A DNA stretch of 64,000 nt. It comes from Bispira polyomma. Taxonomy: Eukaryota. The stretch spans positions 14,136,001 to 14,200,000 of the forward strand of contig OZ287754.1 of the NCBI GenBank assembly GCA_965649765.1. The letters run 5' to 3'. Positions 43,301 to 58,300 of this stretch are shown here, piece after piece. The notes beneath the pieces were generated by a model that made no database searches, was not told the origin of the DNA, and saw only the letters and a program-made list of their open reading frames with translations. Position numbers and translations under genes: made by a program. Position 1 is the stretch's first letter. Each line of letters begins with the position of its first letter.

Positions 43301-46300
43301 CCATGTGTTGTTAACATTCAAATTAAACTTCAAATTTAACTTTGATGTTAGAGTAAGTGATCTACATGCATGATTGTATTATGTACTGTGTTAATATTAT
43401 CTTCATCAAAGACTGTAACTGTCCCCATCCAAAATTTTTAAGGCACTACTGGCTTATGCCATGTAATTTGAACCTTTCAAGCTTTAGTGATCTATATGGA
43501 TGATTGTGTTAGTTGCATATAATCTTCATCAAAGATTCAATAGAGCTGTTGCTTTAAGACAGCAATTAACGTATATTCTGCATCCACTTTAAAGTTGTAT
43601 TATACATAAAGAACTTTCCTGATATGAACTTCTGTTATATATTTTATAATTCTGGGTCATTGAGCTACTTGTACTCATTTTGTGACACATTTCTATAATT
43701 AATATACATTGCAAGCTCTATGTATTCATACCTCTTCTGTTTTTTGAACAAGCTGTACCAAATCTTATTCTCCCTACATCTTTGAATGACAGTTGTTCTA
43801 CATATTTATGCTTTATTATTTATTATACAGCCAGATACATGTGCTATCGATGGTAAATGCTACACAGGTAGCACTTGTACTGCATGTGAGGAAGCCATTG
43901 ATATTGGGCATCCAAAGAGAAGTGCAGCTTATAAAACTCAAGCCAATGAAACTCAACGTTGTGATGCATCACATATAGAAGAGGGTATGAATGTCAGCTT
44001 ATAACTTACCATCATATTGTCGTGCCATCTGTTATTTTTGTTTTACATAGACTTTTTTTTATCAATTTTTACTTTAAATATTTGAAATATACCAAATTCT
44101 GGTCCATCCCAAACTCCAGTATAACATTTTCAAACATTAAATAAAAATGCTAACACAAGCTTAATGTAAGTAGATTGCTTGCTACGTTTATGGCTTTTGG
44201 TGAAAGATAAGTGCTCTAAAATATTAGAACTGCTATCATATGAAAGACCTATACATTTTTTTAAGAAGACTGGAAATGGGTACAGCCATTATATATAGAA
44301 AATATACAGTTGAATCTTGATTATCCGAGCCAACCAGGAGACAAGGTCTGGGTTTGGATAATTGTGACATTTGGATATTCTATAGAGACTATGATTCGCA
44401 GTAAAACAGACAAAGATTGACTTAAGAGGCAAATGGACAAAATTTGGCTTTTGTAAACTTTAACATTCAGTTAGAATTTCATTTCAATCCTAGGAAACAT
44501 ATATTAAGTATTTTTTATTTATCAATAATATAGTTTCAGGGAAACTGTATATACCGTCATATAGCATTTGAATTAATTATGTATTTTTATACATCTTTGG
44601 TGGGATGACATTCTTTGGCGAGATGTGTAACCGCCATTGCCTACTAAGGCTATTTTGTAGGGCACATAATGTGTTGATTTATGTGGTTACTGCACTTTGG
44701 AGGATGGCTTGCATTAGTGAAGTGCATTAGAAATGAAAACACAATAGAACATATTTTTTTTTAAATGTGGTTTGAGCTTGACATAAAAGGCATGATTATT
44801 TATAAACGGACAAAGTGACACATGCCATGGTTTTATTTTGTTGTAAAATTATAATAGAATGTGGGAGTTATAGAATCCTTAACATCATCACTTATACTTA
44901 AACTCATATTATTTTAAATGTTGACAATTTTTTTTTTTGACATACGTTTTACATACATGTTCAAAAGTTTCAGAGTTTACATTTGTTTGGGGATGACATC
45001 CCACAACATTTATTTAATTTAGAAGCAGTTTGTCTCGCTATAATATGTGTTTAGTGGCAACATATTTTAAGAACAGTAGTAATAATTATATTATGTACCT
45101 GCCTACACTTTAAATGTTATTTGTATATTCTTCCTAAGTACTTTTAAAGTATTTGTATACAGCCAACTTGGTGTTTTGGCATATGCAATATCCATAGAGA
45201 ATTTTGACATATTTCATGTTCACAGGGAAATGGTACAGATTTAACCAGTACACTGGCAATGAAATACCAGAACAGTGTATTAGTACAGGGCATTGTGGAA
45301 CAAAGAATACAATATGGCTGGATGGAATGCACCCAACTGGTATGATACAGTAGAGCTAGTTTGAGCTTTCCTGACAGTATAATCACATCATGTATTAGTG
45401 TAATAAAATATACTTTGAAATAAAATATAATTTAGTTACTTTTTTGATTGATATAATAATATATAAAAAAGTGACATTGATGGTGACTGTCAAACTTAAG
45501 TAATTACGTAAATTGTTTTAAAGAAATGAATTTGCAATGAAAATGAAAGACATCAATTAATGTGTGAAGTAATTTTTTTTTTTCACCATTTGCAAATGTT
45601 TAAGAAAATGATCTGTAATAAATTAGTGCTTCAGCTTAATTTATTAAAATGACGGTGCCATGATTTTATATTATATGCCATTATATTATATGTGTGTAAC
45701 ACACTTGTCTAAAATGGGAAGAACTTAGGTTCGATCCAGTTGGGTGACCAGGTACAGGCATACATCGTGGCTTGGATGACAACTTAAAATTGTGATCCAC
45801 TGTGATTGTGATTCGGGTCATATTCATTGTGGCAGGCTAAAAATCCTCAGGGATCTTGATAAATGATAATCCTCAAGATTTCCTATTCACTTATGGAAGT
45901 GACAATTACACATTTACTGGTGCTGATTGGTTCTACTTAAACAGTCCAGTAAAAGGTTAATTAGTCGTTTGAACAAATAGAAAAAAAGTAGACAAATACA
46001 CTGAATATAAAGTTGAATACAATACAATATATGTAAATCCATTCAGAAAACATTTAAATTATATTTATTTAATTTAGTGCTTTTATCAGATCTTTTGCTC
46101 ATAATTATTTATACATAAAAACCAGTGTTAGATTAGACAACATGTAATTCCAAGGCCTGAACCAGAAGTTTAATGACATCCTGGTTATATCTTAAACCTA
46201 TATCCATGATCTTACCTTAACTATAATGAACTTTCACAGGTTCTGGTTATGTTACATCATTATAGTAGACAAACAAGTTCAGTGCATAATACATGTAAAC

Positions 46301-49300
46301 CTACCCTTTTAATGCTGTCTAAGAGTATATAAATACAGGAGATAAAATGCACAATAGTTAACACAAGGTGCTTGTATTGTGTCATTTCACGTCATTTTTT
46401 ATCCTAACGATGCAGGTATATGCTCGAACTTGTGTGCTGTCATGTATGTGGGAAAATTGGAGTTGACTTGACAAATGTCGGTGGTTTTGAAGAGCAGAAA
46501 ACCTTGATAAACTACTTTTTGTTCAGATTTTCTCCACTGGTGAACTGCCATTCGTGATTTGACCCAAATGTGTAAAATGTACTGAAAGTGATGTTAAACC
46601 TGAACCAAACTGATACTCTTTCAGTATATAATTTTGTAAATATCGAGCAGTCTGGTCGTTTAACTATTATTTCTTGCCAAAACATATTAATTCCTATGAA
46701 AATATGATTGTGTTTGTCTTTCAGCTGATGTCCCTGTGACCACAGGCATTACCTGTGCTAATTACTATGATGAAGGATGCTGTGATTGGAGTGCTCCAGT
46801 AACTGTTAAATACTGCAGAGATGCTGTAGACCAACCCTTCTATGCCTATCAGCTGATGCCACCCCCTGTCTGTGAGACAGCCTTCTGCAGTGGCAACATA
46901 ATGCCTTGTGGTGATAGAGAAGAATGGGATGAAGACAGTGAAGCATGTATTGGTGTGTTCTTATTGACAATATAACATCTATTATACAAATATTTATCAA
47001 CACATTTTTACACTCCCAAATTTGCTTTCATAACATATTTGTGTAACAGTGGTTCTACTGTATTTAAGTCTTTTATTCGTACACTAGGGCAATAATAATA
47101 TAAACAAAACTAAAACAAATAAAGATTGCAAAAAACCGATGGAGACATTGGAAAGAAGTGCATGATATGTGTATGAAGGAGTCAGGTATTAGAGTGTATT
47201 TTGAATAGTTTGAGTACATTGTTATGTATAGGGGTCAAGAAATGCATAATATAAATGAATAATGAAGGTCTAACAGCTAGTAATCATGTTCATTTTCAAA
47301 TTTGAATTTAGTTGGGTTTTACATCGCTTTCAACAGCTTAGGTCATATGATGACAGAATATTTTCATTAAACTAATCTCTTTTGACAAAAATTCTTTGAC
47401 ACAAAAAGCAGTGATTTTGGAATATAAGCTACATCAATTTCAAAAGAATTGTAATTGTAGATAAGTGGCACATTGATTTTGTACTACACAGGTTCACATT
47501 GGCCTACCCTTGGCCTCAGCCATCTCAAAATTTGCGTTGACTTTGTACCAGTTTAATTGGGGAGCCGCAGCCAAGGTTAACTCGAAGAAAGCGCTACTTG
47601 TGTATCTGTTTAACTTAGATTGTTGTCACTTTTCAGATGCCTTTCCTGTGATGTCTGGCCCACCACATTTATCGGATCCTATTGCTCCAGAGGACCTATT
47701 TCAAGAAACATTTCAATTTAAATGTACAATCAATTATTCAGATGATGATGCTAGAGCCATGTTTGAAGTGCGCTGGTATTTTGATAATGAAGAGGTACAA
47801 GTGCTGATAGTTTTAAGTTATACCATCCACATTACATATTAAACAGGCGGTATTATTTTATTTTAATACTGGATTACCTTCAAGTCTTCTAAGTATACCT
47901 TTGAACAAATGATGATTATTTTGTAAACATGTAGTATTACTATAAGCGTCAGTTAGTGACCAAGCATGGTACAGGTCACAGGCTTAATTCAAGATTATGG
48001 TAATTTTGATAAGAAATTTCCTGAAGCCTAGCACAAGATAGTATAGTTTTACAATGTTTCAGTGGCCAATATGGTAAAATAATAAGTTTAGATCATGTGT
48101 TTAAAGCTGTAGGACTCACAGATGAAAGTCAAAATGAGATAAACATAATAAAAAGCCACACAAACATTAAAAGGTAAAAATGGAAACTTGTATAATACAA
48201 AGACAAGGTATAATAAACAAAGATAGAGTAACTGAAAGCTGGTTCACAAATACTAGGTTCACTTAATCAGTACTGTGTACCTAAAATGAGTAGTTTGCAC
48301 TCTTTTTTTTGTCTTGCCCTTTTTGGCAGCCATCTTTGATTTGTTGGTCCTTTTTCGGAAATTCCAAAAATGAGTGATTTTGAGCTTTTTTTCGACCAGC
48401 AGCGCAAATTTTGTGGCGCATATGGCAACTTTTTAGAAATTTTCCAATTTTGACAGCCATCCTGAACTTCTGTGTCTTTTTTGAAAATATCCATATTCTC
48501 CAAAAGTGTACCAGATAGAGTGGTTTTAAGTGAATGACAAATATTACTTTTCAGGTATTATCAACTTAAACTTTATTTTAACCATGTACACTGAAACAAC
48601 TTTATTATTGCTTCAACTTTTGTTTCAAAAACCGTTTTCTAGTTGATTGTTAATGTTTTAGGATCCTAATGTTGGACCAGAACAAATTGACAGAACAGAA
48701 GCCTACCTTGATGAGCTGAAACTGGTTGGACATGTTGGGAAAACGGTATTTTGTTGTCTTCATAATTTGCATCTTGTCCCAGTGTAATTAGCCTGATAAA
48801 GTCAATATACTTACCTTTGAATTCTTAATTTTTTATGATTAACATCCATTTTAGCAATGGTTTTTAAGAATATACTACTCCATAAACTCTAAAAAAAAAC
48901 TTATTTTGGCAGCAATAAAACCATAGGACAATGCTCAGAACATCTCTTTTCTATTACATCAAAAAAACTATGTTCTAACCTGTTTGAGTGAACTTATATA
49001 TTATACAAATATTCATATTTATTGTTTAAATCCATCAAAACATTTTATGCCTTATGCCAACAGATTCAGTTTGAGTCATGTTATGGTACGAGGCTACTGG
49101 GATTAAACCAATTCATTAGCAAGTGTGCTGTTCACACAATTTAGGTCTGTGTTAAGTGTTATTTAATCACTTCACATTCTCAAATTTTATTCTTACTGTT
49201 TTACATTTAAAAAAAATGTATTTCATGAATCTTGAAACAACCATTCAACTTTCAATTTTAAACAAACACATCCCTACTTACTTCTAAAGTGATGGTTCTT

Positions 49301-52300
49301 TTTTTAAGGTTTCTTGTAGTGCTATGAGCTACTGGCCAGACCATCAAAATACATCTAGTGACACACTAATGAGTGACAATGGATACTGGGTTGGGATTAA
49401 GGTAAGTTATGAGCCTGTTCTATTACTTTCATTTAATTACTATAAATAATATATTCATGTATAATGCTAGTCATATAGAGTAAACTAAAAGGGCAGAATT
49501 TGCTTCGAAAAATAAAATTGACTTGTTACAACCTACCAAATGTCATTTTAATTGGTGTCGACAACTTTATGTAATACAGTAGAACCTCCATGATCCGAAC
49601 ATATTGCCTAGGCAAGATTATGTGCACAGAATAAAAGGTACCTGAAATAGAAGAGGCATTTTAGTATAAATAAAATATACTATAAATTTGGCAGAGTTGA
49701 AACCTGTTCATAAAATTAAATATTTTAATATACTGTACTAGTAGCAAACCAACCAACCAACCAATGTACACAGGTAAAAACCTAACCTCCTTGATGGAGT
49801 AAAAAAGGTAGTATGGCTACAGAAAATATTGTATAATTTAGTGGAAATATAGACAAATATTCCCGTATATTCGTTGCATCCAGCAGATTCTGGTTAGTGA
49901 GCTTTTGTCCACAAATAGGCCTCCCCATCCCCCTATTGCCCCTACTGTCACAAAGTTGTATATTTAAAATTCTAATAGGAACCTGTGACTGACCAATACA
50001 AAGTCATACAAAATTGAGGTGTACTTCCACTAAAACCCACTAACACTAATCCACACCAATGAGAAACAAAGACATCACAAACACTAATGAAAACCCACTA
50101 ATAGCAACAGTAATGCACACTAATCCTAACAAGTCGCGACTAACTGCCACGTTTGCGATACCACCTAACAAATGCTTACTGATACCATTGAATGGTTACT
50201 TACTAACTGCTGCTAACTGACATTAATGCAAAACAAGTCTACACCACCTGCTTCTGATAAGAAACATTAAAAACTAATCAAGATGTGTGCCCATCCCCCT
50301 GCCCCCTCTAGCAAACCCTAACATACTAGCTTTCTGACATGAATTTTTTCAACATCCTAAAATATACAAAATGTGTGGCAGCTCAACAAATCACTCCCAG
50401 TGTAGACAAATCTGAAACTAAAATGAAATGTATGTTCCCTGATACAAAAACGTTTGTAGTGTCTTCGTTTCATTTGTTAGTCTGTAACTAGGTATAAAAT
50501 TCTTTAGTGTAAAAGTGAAAGTGTAAATATTGTATGTGGAAATTCAACGGGGGAAACTCTCTTTGGAACAAGTACCAAATAAATATGGTTTCTATTGCAG
50601 GTTCCAGCGGAAGTAAACCTTACTGAAAGTGAAGCTGATACCACAATAAAATTAGAATCCACAGTTCCTATAACTTGTGGTTGCTGCAGAAAGACTGATA
50701 CTCAAGATGGGTTTAAAGATCAGACTGAATGTCAGTAAGTTAATCAAGATTTGGTTAGTTTTTGGAAATTGCGACACCTAGGAAGTTTGTATTTGGTGCA
50801 ATTGTTCCATACTGGGTGTAGTCATGCAACATTGTGCTTGATTTAACGCAAAAGCTGTGATGTTTCAGCATCTCTGATGCTATTGTTCACACCACAGTTG
50901 CTTTTTTTTAGGTTTGAAATTAGGATGAACTCACTGCCAACGTTTAGAAATACACCAAGTGATTGCATTGCAGTATTTAGCCCGTCTAAGACCAGAGCGA
51001 CCTTTACCATCAGTCCAGTACGGAAATACATAAAACGGAAAGACCTCACGCAAGTGTTTTATGAAGATGTCACATATAATAAAAGTGATATTGTAACAGC
51101 TATCTGGAAAGACTATAATATTGGCTCCTCCAAGGTAATCAAGGCTAGTTGTGTATAAAAACAACCCATTTCTTATTTATGTTCTTAAAAATGCCTCAGT
51201 ATAAGTATAGTTGAAATAAGTCACTCATGAATAGTAATGATAACACTTACTGGTTGTACCTTTATTTTACTCTACTATATATAGCCTTTTAACAGAAAAG
51301 GATGACAGATAATGTCAGCAAATGTCATACATAGGTTTATTATGGGTATAGTTTGCTTGAACTATATACATAGTCATTTAAAAAGTATTACAGATATTGT
51401 CAGCAAATGTCATACATAGGTTTTTATGGGTATAGTTTGCTTGTACTATATATAGTCATTTAAAAAATTTTTTTACAGATATTGTCAGCAAATGTCATAC
51501 ATAGGTTTATCATGGGCATAGTTTGCTTGTACTATATATATTCATTTAAAAGAAAATTATTACAGATATTGTCAGCCAATTTAATATATAGGTTTATCTT
51601 TAACAAATTGGCAGCTTGTTGCCATCAACCTGTCAACAGTTTCTGTTCATTTAAATGAAAATATTCATCAAATTTAAAACATAGGTTTATTATGGGTATA
51701 GCTTCTGTACGATTAAGTTTGGGCCTATTCTTAAAAAAATGCTGCTTTTTCTGTCAACGTAAAGATGGTTTACAGTCATTTAAAGATAAAGTATTATATC
51801 TTTAGATATATTCACTAAATTTAATGCACAAGTTTATCATGGGATACCTTGTGTGGGATTGAGAAACAAAATAGTCGCCATTGCCATTAACATAAAAACG
51901 GTTTCTGCTAATTTTAGCTAAAATTATTTCAAATATTTAGCAAAGGAGGGAGGGGGGTTTAGATTCACACATATTTTCATACAGAAACAGCTTCTGTAGA
52001 AATATGTCCCATTTCTAATGGCCTATGGCGAGTTGGTACAATTTCCAGTGTTAATACATTAGTGAATTCCCTGCGAAGTGTGACATGTTCTTATAAGATG
52101 GGATGCACTTGCTCATTACCTAAAGAAACATAAGGGCCCCTTTTAGGACATAATAATTTCTTTCACACGCTTTATTTTATTGTTATTAACTTGTGCAAAC
52201 AAAATAATTAAATTGTTGGCAATTTAATAAAAAAGATAATAGGTGTCAATCAAGTATATCCTTAAAGGAGCTCCACACACATTATTTACAAAAGCATTTT

Positions 52301-55300
52301 AATAATTCCATGTGTTTCTAGGTACTTATTACTAATGACCAGAGAATGGGGCACTGTAAGTCAGTCACAGATCCACACATTAAATCATTTGACAGAATGT
52401 CGAATAATCTACCTTACTATCATCTGTTTCAACCAGGAAAATATAAACTTGTCATTAGTACGTCACCAAGAGTGCTAGAGGTATGTTAAAATGCATATTG
52501 ATATACATATGTTCTGCCTATCCCAGTTCATTGATTTTACATTAAATTTCTTATAGTATTGCTTTATTGAAAGTTTAAATTATGGATGTATAAATAATAA
52601 TTATGAACTTTTGTTTGTTTGGATGGTATTAATATTATTATAGTAAACAGATAGAGTTACAAACTGATACGCACTTTTGACAACTATAGAACAAAATAAC
52701 TTGGCAATGTTAATATACAGAAAACTCAATTTTAGAATGGTACTAGTTGCGTAGCAACTATGGTGACTTATGGATGCCCTTACTTTTCAAACACAAATTT
52801 AATAGTTCCACGACAATATTGCAATTATCGAGTTTATTAATGGCAGATAAAGTAGTTCACTATTTAAATAAAATACACAATGTGACATAAGCAATTTCAT
52901 CTTTAATAATGAAGAAATTACCATTATTATTGAGGGGGACCATAATTAAGCATCCCGTAAGGGCGTTTGTTTGTATATAGGAGGTAAATTTACGCATTTT
53001 CGGTCATACGACTTATTTGATTGGTCGAAATGTAATGACACTATATTGAAAATTTGCCCAAGGTCTACTGGATACATGTGCCAAATTTGAAAAGAATCCT
53101 TCCAGTGGTTGCTGAGTTACAGCCAATTCAAAATGTGTGACTAAAAAAATTTCCCTTGTTTTGTATACAGGAGATAGCTCCCGCATTTTCTATTGGCTAT
53201 AGCTCAGCAACCACTGGGCCGATTCTCTTCAAATTTGGCACATGTATGCAGTAGCCCTGGAAAAAAAATTTAAATATAGTGTCATTACATTTCGACCAAT
53301 CAGAGAAGTCACATGACCCAAAACACGTTTTTTAAAGGGGTATGCTTGTCCGGATGATAACTTCAGAAGCGCCTTACCTATTCTCACGAAATTTGACAAG
53401 TAGGTGTCTTATATAGATGTCCGGAACTAGATAACTCTGATAAGTGATCCGATACAAAATAGCCGACTTATTAACGATTAATTAAACGTTACGATTTTTC
53501 GAAACAAAGAAAATGAAAAATCCTTAATATCTCAGAAATGGTGCGAGATAGAGCGATTTCGGCTGAATTTTGGGCCTAGAGGGTATACTCAGTATTCTCA
53601 AAACTCAGCAACTTGGCAAAAAATTCAAAAATTAAATTTTTTTAAAAAAGTCAAAATTTAAAAAATTTTAAAAAAGTCCTCAATCTCAACAGAGGAAATG
53701 AAAAATCCTTAATACCTCAGAAACGGTGAGAGATAGACTGATTTGGGCTGAATTTTGGGCCCACAGGGTATAAAAATTTTTTAAAAACATTAAAATTTTC
53801 AAAATTTTGCAAAAGTCCTCAATCTCAACAAAGGAAATAAAAAATCCTTATTATCTCAGAAACGGTGAGAGATAGAGTGATTTCGGCTGAATTTTGGGCC
53901 CACAGGGTATAAAAAATTTTTAAAAATGTTAAAATATTTAAAATTTTGCAAAAGTCTTCAATCTCAACAAAGGAAATGAAAAATTCTTAATATCTCAGAA
54001 ACGGTGAGTGATTTCGGCTGAATTTTGGGCCCACAGGGTATAAAATTTTTTTAAAAATGTTAAAATATTTAAAATTTTGCAAAAGTCTTCAATCTCAACA
54101 AAGGAAATGAAAAATCCTTAATATCTCGGAAACGGGGAGAGATAGAGTGATTTCGGCTGAATTTTAGGCCTAAAGGGTATAAAAAAATTTTAAAAATGTT
54201 AAAATATTCAAAATTTTGCAAAAGTCTTCAATCTCAGCAAAGGAAATGAAAAGTCCTTAATATCTCAGAAACGGTGAGAAATTTTGACATTTTCAAAATG
54301 TTTTTTTAAAAACTTGAAATTTTTTTTTTTTAATTTTTTAAAAAATCGCTCTCTCTCCATTTTTGGCCGCCAACTTGAATTTCTGCGTTTATCTCGGAAA
54401 CGGTGCCAGATAGAGCAATTTCGGCAGAATTTTGGGCTCGGAGGGTATATGCAGAAAATTGCTCAATGTCTTATTCGGACGCTTTGTTTTTGCTCTGCAA
54501 AAACAATTTCCTTTCATTTGCAAAGCAGTACTCTAGTTTTGTTTGGTCCATAATTGTTAGCCACATAGTATAAGTTTAGAATTATCTAAGGTGACAAATC
54601 AGAACATTTTGCTTACATTGCCGTGAGTTTTCAATATTTTATTGCTTTATTTGGTTGATTGTTTAATATTTAGATATTTTTAAACATAATAGTTACATAC
54701 TATAAGTGTATTCTGAACATAGAACGACTCCAGTAGCATGTATGATTTATTTATAACTCAAGAAGACAAAAATAGTTGGCTCATGTTGTAAGGTTTTGTA
54801 TTTTTTCTTGATATAATTTAATCCTACAGTGCACTCTTGTGGTTTATACTGCTATATATATATATATACATATATAAAATGTCACAATCTTTTGAGGATC
54901 ATGTTTATTTTTACATGCAATTTTGTAGATCCATTCTGTTTTACGGCCATGTGAACTGAATCCTAATGTGGCATGTAACTGTGGAGTGGCAATCCGAGAA
55001 GGCAACCTACTCCTTGGAGTTGATAACTGTAATGGTCCATTCAGGACCTTCAAGAAAACTCTTGTGAACGAAATATTGACTGATGGAACCTTAGCTACAA
55101 ACACAGCTGGCACAGCATTTACAGTATGGTTTATTGTTTTGTATTTCAGTATTTTTCAAGTAACCATAATATGATAATTGTCTTTTTAAAAATACAAATC
55201 CACACAGTATTTATTTTTATTAGTCAGTTAGGCGTTACCAGCAGATAATCATGCTGATTCAGTGTCTGCAACATTGTGTATACACCAGATCCCTTAGCAA

Positions 55301-58300
55301 AATTATTTCATCCTATCCTTCCATGGAGTATCACTTTTATGCTGTAATCAAAAGACACCTGCTACTGCTTTGGAAGTCCTTCAAAAATTCTTAGCAGATG
55401 TTTAGAATTAGATGGCACTAAATATGCTCAAGCTGAATCTGGATAAGACTGAATTGATATTGTTTGACTCTGGAACTCAACGTGATGAACTATCAACTGG
55501 TTTTCCAGTAAAAATTCTTGGGACACTGTTTATGTCTTTATCTCCTGATAAAGTGAAAAACTTGAGAGTTTTGTTTGATATTGATTTTTGCTTCTCTAGT
55601 CATATCCAATCAGTATGTAAGTCATGCTTCTTGAGACGTCACGAGAATTAGGAGGCACCAATCAATATCAGTTGCAATAATTGAAGCAAATGCTCTGGTA
55701 AGCAGCATAATGTATTACTGCAATTCACATTTTTTTTTTGACAAAACTGACCTAAATCAGTTGCAATGCATCCAGAATTCATGTCAGTTGTTCTGCTCTG
55801 CTTTTCACATACTTCACCCACAGGTATTGGTGTGCCATATGATTGTAACAATAGTGCCTCACCCGTAAAATCTTGCTTGCTTGATCCGTGGCCCACATTC
55901 CTTGTCAAAGAATGTATTGACATTTTATTGCCCTCAATCACAAAACTTATCAACCTCTCGTTGATAAATGGCATCTTTCCAGATGATTTTAAAAAGGCTA
56001 TTGTCACTCCTTTAATGAAAAAACCTTCTCTTCCAAAGGCTGACTTGAAAAATTACAGTCCTGTCTCAGGCCTTTGCTATATCTCTAAGTTGGTAGAACG
56101 TGCGGTTGCCTTACAGATCAAACAACATGTTGACGTCAGCAATCTGTCCAATAAGTATCAGTCAGCGTACAAAAGTGGTCATTCTACTGAGACTGCACTT
56201 CTCTACATCAAAAATGATGTTCATACATCTTTATCCGAAGGTATGCCTACTGCCTTAGTACTGCTGGATCTGTCAGCAGCCTTTGATACTATTGATCACA
56301 AAGTTCTTCTTGAGTGCCTATCGTCTTGGTTCGGTATCAGCGGTATGGCGCTTAAGTGGTTCACGGCATATTTGTCTGATAGATTCCAATCAGTCAAAAT
56401 TGGCAATATCTTATTCGACTCAACATGGTTAAAATTTGGTGTTCCCCAAGGTTCCGTCCTGGGTCCCATTTTGTTTTCCATGTACACCACTCCACTCAGC
56501 AAGATTATTGCTGCATACAAAAACATAAACTTTCACTTCTATGCTGATGATACCCAACTGTACATCCACCTTACACCTGACTCTGCCCAGGCAGCTTTCA
56601 CTTCCTTACAGAACTGCCTTGTTGATGTACAACACTAGATGGCAGCAAATAAACTCAAGCTGAACCCTGAGAAGACTGAGTTTATTTTGTTTGGCTCCAA
56701 GTCGCAACGGGAAAAATTGTCCAGCTGTTTTCCACTTGACATTCTTGGCAGCAGGTTTTTTCCAGCTGACAAAGTACGAAACCTGGGTGTGGTGTTCGAC
56801 TCTGAATTCTCCTTCTCTAACCATGTCGCATCGGTGTGTAGATCATGTTTTGTTGGCCTCCGTGATTTCAGGCGGATTCGACGCTATCTTTCCAAATCCA
56901 CTGCAATCACTGTTGCCAATGCTTTGGTCAGCAGCAAGCTTGATTACTGCAACTCTCTGTTCCGTTCCTTATCTCGTAGTGATCTCAGACGCCTTCAGAA
57001 TATCCAACACTCATTGGCACCTATTGTGACCAAAACTTCTAAATTTTCCCACATTACTCCTGTACTCAAGTCACTGCACTGGCTCCCAATAAAATATCGT
57101 GTTGCTTTCAAAACAGCAAAAATAATATATAAATTTCTAAATTCTGGATTACCCACTTATTTTAGCCCCCATCTATCCAAAAAAAACATGCTCAGTCAGG
57201 ACAAGGCACAGTAACCCTGATATATTATACCATAACATTCCCACTTTCGACCCTCGCATCCACAAATCCAAAGTTCAGTTCAATCACTGCCTAGCTCATG
57301 ATGGCCCTCTCATTTGGAACAGCCTACCTGGTCATGTTCGCCTGGCTCAAACTTTCTCCTCTTTCAGGAGTAAGCTGAAGGCCTATCTTTTTGAACATGC
57401 TTTTCCACCTTAGCCGTCGCAACCATTTACGGTAGTCTCCCTGGTTACGACTTCCATCCGCCCACTATTTTTGATTTTCGATTAACGTTTTGGGTTTGTT
57501 GCACCTTAGAATTTGTTGTACAAAGATTAAGCGCTATAAAAGTACGACTAGATTAGATTAGATTAGATTGTTCATTCGAGTTTGCCTAAATACTACAGAT
57601 CAACACTTATGCGACTACAAATGTAGTGTTAATACCAGACAGGCTACTCCCAAAAATAAATTCTTTTTGGTTCCGAAATATAAGTCCAAAGTGCACAGGT
57701 CAATTAAAGGTTCACTTTGATGAAAGTTTGGCAAATGATGTATCTACTCTATGGAATAGTTTACCTCAACACAATAGAACTGCTCCATCCCTGTATTCCT
57801 TCAGGAGTAGTTCAAAGACATATCTGTTCAATTATGCATTCCATCAACAGTCTCTTTCTTGTTCCCAGTGGACATATTGATGACAACTTTTTTTGTTAAT
57901 CATTAATGACTATTGGCTCTGGTTTTTGCACCTTAAAAAGGTACTATAATAATATTATTTCAACTAACTGGGTTTAACCAAACTTTGAAGGATAAAGTAT
58001 AGCTTTGACCAGAGTTGCCAAGCTCTACAAAATACCTTATAGCTTTTCATCATCCGCCCAGGTTTAATGGCACTTGGGCTGATAATAATTTATGTTGGGC
58101 TTTTGAAAATCGATATTGCTCCACAAAACCATGGTATTAATAAGTTGGGCATTACTAGTAGATCATCATGCGAGGTCCATAGTTTTGTGTTTTAGTTTAA
58201 AAAATATGGTTTAAAATTACATAGGATTTTAACCATACTATTATAGTTATTATGATATTAATTATAGTGTATTATGTTACTAATTTTTTGGTTTGATGAT

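Noticed and set aside
44000-45225. Two separate tandem VWDE genes with an intergenic gap here
   Set aside because: E18 has a good phase-1 donor and already encodes the start of D8C-2; no second signal-peptide exon is evident, so a single ORF is more parsimonious.
53510-54280. Regularly spaced repeats resembling a CRISPR array (also 62521-62764)
   Set aside because: No unique spacers, whole units repeat, eukaryotic intronic context and no cas genes.
55766-57214. Functional host reverse transcriptase gene or programmed stop readthrough
   Set aside because: 5'-truncated LINE lacking the endonuclease domain; the stop is a simple TGG>TAG change and a frameshift follows.
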